The notes beneath the pieces were generated by a model, which searched no databases, was not told the DNA's origin, and saw nothing but the letters and a program-made list of their open reading frames with translations. A program made the position numbers and the translations under genes. A DNA stretch of 64,000 nt, from positions 1 through 64,000 of the forward strand of contig DFLH01000050.1 of the NCBI GenBank assembly GCA_002373695.1. Direction: 5' to 3'. Within the stretch, counting starts at the first letter, position 1. Every line of letters starts with the position of its first letter. Source of the DNA: Verrucomicrobia bacterium UBA3624. Its GTDB lineage: Bacteria > Verrucomicrobiota > Kiritimatiellia > RFP12 > UBA1067. Shown in pieces: positions 57,737-64,000 of the stretch.

Positions 57737-59491
57737 TCAGACCTTCTCTGAAAGTTCGAGCCAGCGTGTCTCGGCGGCATCCAGTTCGTCTCGAACCTGC
57801 GGCAGACGCGCCGTCATGGACGTCGCCCGCGCATTGTCCCTGGAATAGATGGCTGGATCGGAAAGCGCGGTTTCGATATCGGCGATCTCATGCTCAAGCG
57901 CCGCAATCCTGTCCGGCAGCATGTCCAGCTCGCGCTTCTCGTTGTAGGTAAGTTTGCGCGCGTTGACGCTCTTGCGGTCCTGGACGGTTCCGCCGCCGCT
58001 TGAAGGCTCCACGCTTCTGGCATCGTCCTTCACCTGGCGCAGCATCCGAGAGGCTTCTGCGTAACCGCCTGCGCACGTTCGCACTTCACCGTCGCCGGCG
58101 AGCACATATGATGACGTGACGACATTGTCCAGGAACGTCCTGTCGTGCGACACGACGAGGAGAGTCCCCTTGTAGTTCAACAACTGTTCCTCAAGCAGTT
58201 CAAGCGTCTCCACGTCAAGGTCGTTTGTCGGTTCGTCCATGACAAGCAGGTTGGACGGCTTCAGGAACAGCCGTGCCAGCAGGAGACGGGCCTTTTCGCC
58301 GCCAGAGAGCGCCTTCACCGGAGTGCGGGCCCGTTCCGGCGTAAAAAGGAAATCCGCGAGATAGGCAAACACATGTTTCGTCACGCCGCCGACCGTCACC
58401 GCGTCGCGATCCTTCGCGACGACCTCTTTCACCGTGGATTCCGGATCCAGCTGGGCGTGCAGCTGGTCGAAGAACGCCATCTCCACTCGCGTGCCCAGCG
58501 TGACAGAACCCGCCGTCGGCGCCAATTGGCCGGTCAGCAATTTCAGCAACGTCGTCTTTCCGGTGCCGTTCTCGCCGATCACGCCTATGCGCTCGCCACG
58601 CAACACGTCCGTTGTGAAGTCGCGGACCACCGGCGCGCCGTTTCCATAGGCAAACGACACGCCTTCCACCTTTATGACGCGATCGCCAGACGCAGCGGCC
58701 GTATCGAGCTTCAACGTGCTCGTCCCAATCGCCGTGCGCCGGTTGGCGAACTCCAGCCGCAATTTTCGCAACGCCTCCACCCGCCCCTGGTTGCGCGTCC
58801 GGCGCGCTTTCACCCCCTGCCGTATCCACGCCTCTTCCTGGGCAAGTTTTTTGGCCTTTCGCGCCCAGAGCGCCGCCTCGTCCGACTGCAGATCCGCCTT
58901 GCGCTGCAGAAACGTGCGATAGTCGCAGTTCCACCCGGAAAGCACGCCGCGATCCAGGTCGTACACGTACGTGGCAACCGACTTCAGGAACGCGCGATCA
59001 TGCGTCACGAACAAGAAAGCCATTTCCGTCTGGCGGCGGATGAACGACTCCAGCCATTCTATGGATGCCACGTCAAGATGGTTCGTCGGCTCATCGAGAA
59101 GCACAAGGTCGGGTTCGTCAGACAGTACGCGCGCCAGCAGCACCCGGCGGCGCATACCGCCTGAAAGCGAGTTGAAGACGGCATTCGGATCAAGTCCCAT
59201 CTGCGAAATGTATTTGCCGGATCCGGCTATGTCCGCCACCGTCCCCGATCTGTCGGATGGAACAGCCTGTTCCAGGAAAGCGACCTTGAGACCTGGCGCC
59301 TTGACGACATCGCCCGCATCCGGCTCAAGCCGACCGGCTATCACTTTCAAAAGGGTAGATTTGCCTTCGCCGTTTCGTCCGGTGACGCACGCGCGCATGC
59401 CGGCCTCCACGTTGAGCGAGACCCCCTCCAAAACAGCGTCACCCCCGAATGCGAGGGTGACATCGTGCAAGGCTAGCAGATGGCGGCCCAA
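57737..59491 (-). CDS. ABC-F family ATPase (two ABC domains plus C-terminal coiled coil; translation factor-like)
   Basis: Two Walker A sites GRNGEGKST and GENGTGKTT. Two LSGG signatures (LSGGMRRR, LSGGEKAR). No TM domain. TTG start at 59491. Confidence 0.85.
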   Translation of the reverse strand: MGRHLLALHDVTLAFGGDAVLEGVSLNVEAGMRACVTGRNGEGKSTLLKVIAGRLEPDAGDVVKAPGLKVAFLEQAVPSDRSGTVADIAGSGKYISQMGLDPNAVFNSLSGGMRRRVLLARVLSDEPDLVLLDEPTNHLDVASIEWLESFIRRQTEMAFLFVTHDRAFLKSVATYVYDLDRGVLSGWNCDYRTFLQRKADLQSDEAALWARKAKKLAQEEAWIRQGVKARRTRNQGRVEALRKLRLEFANRRTAIGTSTLKLDTAAASGDRVIKVEGVSFAYGNGAPVVRDFTTDVLRGERIGVIGENGTGKTTLLKLLTGQLAPTAGSVTLGTRVEMAFFDQLHAQLDPESTVKEVVAKDRDAVTVGGVTKHVFAYLADFLFTPERARTPVKALSGGEKARLLLARLFLKPSNLLVMDEPTNDLDVETLELLEEQLLNYKGTLLVVSHDRTFLDNVVTSSYVLAGDGEVRTCAGGYAEASRMLRQVKDDARSVEPSSGGGTVQDRKSVNARKLTYNEKRELDMLPDRIAALEHEIADIETALSDPAIYSRDNARATSMTARLPQVRDELDAAETRWLELSEKV

Positions 59492-59492
59492 A

Positions 59493-59720
59493 TCAGACCT
59501 TGTGCCGATAGGTTATCCGCCCCTTGCTCAGGTCGTACGGCGAAATCTCGACCGTGACCTTGTCGCCGATGGCGATCTTGATGAAGAATTTGCGCATCTT
59601 TCCTGAAATATGTGCCAGCACTTCGTGGCCGTTGTCCAACTGGACCTTGTACATGGTTGCCGGAAGAACCTTTATCACGGTTCCGGTCACTTCGATTGCG
59701 CTATCGTCTTCCTTGGCCAA
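59493..59720 (-). CDS. infA: Translation initiation factor IF-1
   Basis: ...[57 protein letters not shown] is a near-canonical IF-1 S1 fold. TTG start with a GGAG RBS. Confidence 0.9.
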   Translation of the reverse strand: MAKEDDSAIEVTGTVIKVLPATMYKVQLDNGHEVLAHISGKMRKFFIKIAIGDKVTVEISPYDLSKGRITYRHKV

Positions 59721-59822
59721 GAGGCGCTCCTATTCCTTGCTGTTGACAAACGGGGGGTATTCTATCGTATTACGCCGGACATGGCAAGGGCAAAGTACGC
59801 CAAATTCCGGCCATCGGCCGAA

Positions 59823-60788
59823 CTACACGGAAGGCAGCGGGAAAGTGCAGGAGAGCCCCTGGTTCTCCCGAAGTATTATCTTCCATATCTTGCGGTCCGC
59901 GGGATCCATCGGCTCAGGCCTTGGATAGTAGAAATCCCGCTGGCGCAGGCTTGCCACGGCCTTGTCGCCGTCAACCCGCAGCAACACGTATCCGATGTCG
60001 CCCCAATGCCCGGTCGACGGGAGGCAAAGCGCTCTCTTCATCTGGGTAAAAGACCATCCCTTGATCAAGTGCGTCGTATACCATCTGTGGTCGTGTCCAT
60101 GGATGTAGCCGACCACATTTGGCGCGCCGACGAGACGTTTCATCAGCGGCTTGCCGCCGGCCGACAGTTCCTTCACCGGGAAATGCGAACACACGAACAC
60201 CGGTTTCTTCCATTTCGGCAGCACGTCCAAGATCCAGTCCTGCTGATCCTTGGACAGAGCGCCGGGGACAGGCCCCATGTCCTTCGGGCCGCGGTCGTCG
60301 GTCCCCTGCAGACCATCGAGCATCAGGAAATCTACCGGTCCGGCGTCTACGACGCTGACGATGCGTCCTGGTATCTTCGTGGTCTTCGCGTACTGCGGAT
60401 AGACCTCCAGGAAGGTCGAACGCCTGTCGTGGTTGCCCATGCCTATCGTAACAGGAATGCCGGCATCCTCGAGAAGCTTCAGATACGGGGCGCTGCATTC
60501 GTAGTCCTGCTTGTTTCCCCACAGCCAGGCGAGATCGCCGAACACTATGGCGCGAGCTGGAAGCGGATCCATCTTCAGTATCTCCGCCACCGTTTCGGCG
60601 AACTTGGCGCGCTGGTACACGACCATCCCCTCCTGCCCGTTCACATGTATGTCGCTCAACAGCACCGTCAAGTTGGGATCATGCGCAGCCTCTCCGCCCG
60701 CAAAGAGCCGGCCTGACGCGCAATCGCCGGCAAGCGACGCACCCGCCGCGCCGGCAAGCCACAGGAATCCCCTGCGTGAAACGTTCAT
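59823..60788 (-). CDS. Tat-secreted calcineurin-like metallophosphoesterase (paralog of 21184..22095)
   Basis: MNVSRRGFLWLAGAAGA is a Tat signal. LSDIHVNGQEG, GDLAWLWG, GMGNHDRR and GHDHRW are collinear with the other copy. Confidence 0.75.
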   Translation of the reverse strand: MNVSRRGFLWLAGAAGASLAGDCASGRLFAGGEAAHDPNLTVLLSDIHVNGQEGMVVYQRAKFAETVAEILKMDPLPARAIVFGDLAWLWGNKQDYECSAPYLKLLEDAGIPVTIGMGNHDRRSTFLEVYPQYAKTTKIPGRIVSVVDAGPVDFLMLDGLQGTDDRGPKDMGPVPGALSKDQQDWILDVLPKWKKPVFVCSHFPVKELSAGGKPLMKRLVGAPNVVGYIHGHDHRWYTTHLIKGWSFTQMKRALCLPSTGHWGDIGYVLLRVDGDKAVASLRQRDFYYPRPEPMDPADRKIWKIILRENQGLSCTFPLPSV

Positions 60789-60792
60789 ATTC

Positions 60793-62118
60793 TCATTTTC
60801 CTCTCTGCCATTTGCCAAGTTCCTCGTAGAACCGGCTAAAACATTTGTGCGACATGCCGATGCCATGCAGAATCCGCTTGTCCTTTGCAGGTATCGCGTT
60901 GTATGCGGCATAGACCGCGCAAGGCGGACACGTATTGTCGGCGAATCCCACGACGACACGTACCGGGCACTTGATGCGCGAGGCGAAGTTCGCCCCGTCG
61001 AAATACGGCGCGTTCCGCTCTGCGGCAGGCCTGTCTTCCTCCTTCTGCTGTTCGACGATGCGCGGCCAGCCGCTTTGCCGCCTTTTCAGGTAGCCCATGG
61101 TGTCCGTGATCGCCGGGACGTACATCACGCCCTTTGTGAAGTGCTTGTTGAGGCCGAGCATAAAGAATCCGAAGCCTCCGCCTTGCGAAGTTCCGGAATA
61201 CGTAAAATCGGACAGATCCACCTCGGGGCGCGCCGCGAGCCAGTTGACCGCGCGGTTGATGCCGACTATCGCCCTGTAGAAGTAGTACTCCTCCCGCGAC
61301 TTGCCGATGCCGGCCGTCGGGTATGACCGACTGCCATATCGATCTTTCAGCCCGTCCAGATTCGCCTTGAAGAATTTCTCCAGCTCGTCAAGGTCGAATG
61401 GCGGTTCGTATGGATGCACCGTCATGAGCATGCATATCGCGTCAGAAGCGCCCTGCATGTTGTTTGTCCACTTTGCGCGGCCATTGCCTGCCGCAGGCAC
61501 CTGGAAGCGCACTGGATATCTCCTGGACGCCGACGCGTTCTTGGGGATCGACAGGAATCCGTATACGCGCGTACCGCCCCATGTGGCGAAACTGACGCGC
61601 CAGAAGTTGAACGCCCCCGTCGAGCGCTCCGGCAGCAGCTTGAGTTGCGGATCGGCAGGCACCGTGGCATCCAGGTTCTTTACGGCCTTCGCCCAGAACT
61701 CGTCAAAGTCCGCAGGAGACGGACTTCCCTTCTCGATCCGCTCCGGCTCGAAACCGACACCGAACATCGCAGGCTTCTCCTTTCCTGCCTGTACTGTCAG
61801 CCGCAGGAATCCAGGTTCGGAGAGAGTTCCTTCCATCCTGAACGGATTCTCTTTCGAGAGATCTATCGTCCGCTTCGCCTGTTCGCGCGGACCGAAGTTG
61901 TCTACGGCAGCCTCTACGGAACCTTCGGCGACAGGGCGCTTGTCCTCTCCCACCACCGTTACAGTGAATGCAGCCCGTTCGCCGCACTTGTACATGCAGT
62001 CGGCCCTGTCGGCCGAGATGTCAAACGACAGCACGGCGGCCCGCGCCAGGCACGCGAACGACAGGACGGATGCCAGCGCAACCGCACGCGCCGTACGCAT
62101 TTTTGATTTTGCCTTCAT
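60793..62118 (-). CDS. CE7 acetyl-xylan esterase / cephalosporin-C deacetylase family, secreted, with N-terminal beta-sandwich
   Basis: MKAKSKMRTARAVALASVLSFACLARA is a signal peptide. GTSQGGGFG (GxSQG nucleophile elbow) and the AXE1 C-terminal core. Confidence 0.7.
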   Translation of the reverse strand: MKAKSKMRTARAVALASVLSFACLARAAVLSFDISADRADCMYKCGERAAFTVTVVGEDKRPVAEGSVEAAVDNFGPREQAKRTIDLSKENPFRMEGTLSEPGFLRLTVQAGKEKPAMFGVGFEPERIEKGSPSPADFDEFWAKAVKNLDATVPADPQLKLLPERSTGAFNFWRVSFATWGGTRVYGFLSIPKNASASRRYPVRFQVPAAGNGRAKWTNNMQGASDAICMLMTVHPYEPPFDLDELEKFFKANLDGLKDRYGSRSYPTAGIGKSREEYYFYRAIVGINRAVNWLAARPEVDLSDFTYSGTSQGGGFGFFMLGLNKHFTKGVMYVPAITDTMGYLKRRQSGWPRIVEQQKEEDRPAAERNAPYFDGANFASRIKCPVRVVVGFADNTCPPCAVYAAYNAIPAKDKRILHGIGMSHKCFSRFYEELGKWQRGK

Positions 62119-62168
62119 GTCTTTTCCTTGTTTTTCATGTGTCAAAACCGCAAACCCGACGGAAGTCT

Positions 62169-62786
62169 TTACCATGCCACCGCGCAACGGTGGGCTATGG
62201 CGCGGCGAAGCGTGAGAGGATCCGAATACGCCACGCCGGAATCGGCAGGCAGCCCGAATGCCAGCCGCGTCACACGCACAGGCGCCCCGGCGGATGGCCA
62301 GGTGCGCAGAATCTCCGCGAGGTACCCTGCCGTCGCGTCGCCCTCCATGTCGGTCGAGAGCGCAAGCAGCACCTCCGCGATGCCTTCACGCGCAATCCGG
62401 TCCTTGAGCTCCTCTATGCGCAGTTTCTCGCATCCGACGTGCCGCACCGGAGACAGCTTTCCACCCAGCACGTGGTAACGGCCTCGAAACGCCCCTGACG
62501 ACTCTATCGTAAAAATGTCCGCCGGTTCCTCCACCACGCACAACGCGGCGCCGTCGCGTGTCGCATCCGAACATAACCCGCATGGATTGGCGGAGCGGAC
62601 TGTAAATGCGCCGCATCTGGAACAGCAGACTATCTCCGCCCTGGCGTCCCGCAATGCGAGGACCAGGGGATCCAGCAGCCTCTCCGGCTCGCGCACAAGC
62701 GCAAGAGCCGCACGTCCCGCGCTCCTGCGGCCAAGCCCCGGCAGGTGCGCGAGAGTGCGAACAAGCGTTTCAAGCGGCTGCAGCAC
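62169..62786 (-). CDS. recR: Recombination protein RecR
   Basis: AGGTGG RBS then GTG at 62786 reading (M)LQPLETLVRTLAHLPGLGRRSAGRAALAL. This is HhH, C4 zinc finger CCSRCG...CGLC, Toprim LCVVEEPADIFTIE. The upstream 60 aa of the track ORF are an extension. Confidence 0.85.
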   Translation of the reverse strand: MLQPLETLVRTLAHLPGLGRRSAGRAALALVREPERLLDPLVLALRDARAEIVCCSRCGAFTVRSANPCGLCSDATRDGAALCVVEEPADIFTIESSGAFRGRYHVLGGKLSPVRHVGCEKLRIEELKDRIAREGIAEVLLALSTDMEGDATAGYLAEILRTWPSAGAPVRVTRLAFGLPADSGVAYSDPLTLRRAIAHRCAVAW

Positions 62787-62794
62787 CGTTCCAC

Positions 62795-63112
62795 CTATTT
62801 GCCGAACAGACCGCCCATGCCGCCGGCCTGCATCATCTTGGCCATCTGCTCCTGCGTCGTCTTCTTCACGTTCTTGAGCGCGCCGTTCACGACATTGAAC
62901 AGCATCGTCTCGAACCGTTCGGTCTTGCCGCCGGCCACTTCTTTCCATGTCTCCGGAGCGATCTTTATGGATGAGATGGTGAAGTCGCCACGCGCCGTCA
63001 CGGATATCCCGCCGTTCGCATACTCAACCTGTATCTTTTCGATTTCGGCCTGCAGCCGCTTGGCCTCGCTGCGCATCTGCATCGCCTGCTTCATCTGATC
63101 GAAGATTCCCAT
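62795..63112 (-). CDS. ybaB: Nucleoid-associated protein YbaB/EbfC
   Basis: MGIFDQMKQAMQMRSEAKRLQAEIE...GGMGGLFGK matches YbaB. In the canonical position upstream of recR. Confidence 0.9.
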   Translation of the reverse strand: MGIFDQMKQAMQMRSEAKRLQAEIEKIQVEYANGGISVTARGDFTISSIKIAPETWKEVAGGKTERFETMLFNVVNGALKNVKKTTQEQMAKMMQAGGMGGLFGK

Positions 63113-63480
63113 TTTTCCTTCCTCTGCTTTCTTGTTTGACGTTTGACATTGTCGAGATTGTATTTCCTGGCCTTGTAGGACACTATGCGGGGAGTAGACC
63201 CCAACGCGCGCGCGGCGGCAGCGATGTTTCCGTTCGACGCCGCAAGCGCCTGCGATATCAGTTCCGCCTCAAATGCCGCCGTTGCCGCTTTCAGGCTTTC
63301 GCCTCGCCATACATAGCGCGGACGCGCCTGGCGCTTCTGCCACCGGCGAACGCGAAGCGGAAGATCGTCGCATTCCACATCCTTGCCGAAGGCTACAAGC
63401 TCGGCCTCCGCCTTGGCTCGCGCCTTTTCGCCAGGCGATTCCCACGGATAGGCGTCAAGGACGGCCTGCGCCTCGCTAGA
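63091..63480 (-). CDS. Possible small Fis-type HTH DNA-binding protein (start uncertain; 5-prime part of the track ORF overlaps purC)
   Basis: The C-terminus EAELISQALAASNGNIAAAARALGSTPRIVSYKARKYNL is a Fis/NtrC-type HTH. No clear ATG after the purC stop. Confidence 0.3.
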   Translation of the reverse strand, partial: SSEAQAVLDAYPWESPGEKARAKAEAELVAFGKDVECDDLPLRVRRWQKRQARPRYVWRGESLKAATAAFEAELISQALAASNGNIAAAARALGSTPRIVSYKARKYNLDNVKRQTRKQRKEKWESSIR

Positions 63481-64000
63481 CCAGCTTCTTTCCACTAAGC
63501 TCCTCGTATGCCTTGACATAGATGTCGTGCGTCTTGCCGACGACCTCGTCTGGCAGCTCCGGCGCAGGCGGACGCCGGTTGAAACCGATCTCGTCCAGCC
63601 AGTCGCGCACGAACTGCTTGTCAAGCGAAGGCGGATTGCGGCCGACGGCGTAGGACTCCTGCGGCCAGAACCGGGACGAATCCGGCGTAAGGACCTCGTC
63701 TGCCAGAATCAGCGAACCGTCGGCGTCGCGTCCGAACTCGAACTTGGTGTCCGCAATTATGATGCCGTGCTTCGACGCGTAGTCCGCCGCCCGCGCATAG
63801 CAGGAAACGGAAGCGTTCCTCAACGCGTTTGCAAGCTCCGTACCCGTCTCGAGCGCCATCCTGTCCACGGATATCGCCTCGTCATGTTCCCCTATCGCAG
63901 CCTTGGTGGTCGGCGTGAACAGGACCTCGTCAAGCTTTGACGCGTTCTGGTAGCCTGCACGCAGCTGCTGGCCGTTCACCGTCTGGGACCGCTGATATTC
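63476..64000 (-). CDS. purC: Phosphoribosylaminoimidazole-succinocarboxamide synthase, C-terminal part; the gene starts beyond the window end
   Basis: ...HGIIIADTKFEFGRDADGSLILADEVLTPDSSRFW...YVKAYEELSGKKL is the SAICAR synthetase C-terminal half. Confidence 0.8.
   Translation of the reverse strand, partial: EYQRSQTVNGQQLRAGYQNASKLDEVLFTPTTKAAIGEHDEAISVDRMALETGTELANALRNASVSCYARAADYASKHGIIIADTKFEFGRDADGSLILADEVLTPDSSRFWPQESYAVGRNPPSLDKQFVRDWLDEIGFNRRPPAPELPDEVVGKTHDIYVKAYEELSGKKLV

Noticed and set aside
1-64000. Search for CRISPR arrays, transposases, integrases, tRNA/rRNA and prophage genes.
   Set aside because: No direct-repeat/spacer periodicity, no DDE/tyrosine-recombinase-like ORFs and no tRNA-like cloverleaf candidates were seen. 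The large 628-bp spacer does not fold into an obvious tRNA.

Overview
High-GC (~63-65%) bacterial chromosomal window. It is densely coding and mostly minus-strand, with no transposase, integrase, CRISPR array, tRNA or rRNA seen. The gene content points to the PVC superphylum (Verrucomicrobia, Lentisphaerae or Kiritimatiellae): many prepilin-type N-terminal proteins, giant beta-helix/autotransporter-like secreted proteins, scattered CAZymes (GH29, GH43, GH88/105, GH106-like, CE7), Tat-secreted metallophosphoesterases and leaderless promoters. Housekeeping genes are interleaved throughout: trpFBA, fabG, ileS, recD2, upp, ruvB, hisC, acpP, hisB, infA, an ABC-F ATPase, recR, ybaB and purC. The parts that look like systems rather than single genes are these: (1) a translationally coupled Ser/Thr kinase, PspA, FHA/zinc-ribbon and SPFH/zinc-ribbon membrane-stress module at the left edge; (2) a histidine kinase, coiled-coil accessory and OmpR-type regulator triad; (3) a regulator-headed operon of two ~1000-aa secreted beta-helix/PATR proteins plus a GH29 fucosidase, carrying a G9 tract inside the signal-peptide codons of the second gene; (4) a second giant CBM-repeat protein with a G9 tract in its promoter; (5) an orphan gspH-I-J-K minor-pseudopilin operon fused onto hisB, next to the remnant of a truncated dicarboxylate symporter gene. 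The two G9 tracts are predicted phase-variation switches. All calls rest on reading the six-frame translations and motifs by eye; nothing was database-searched.
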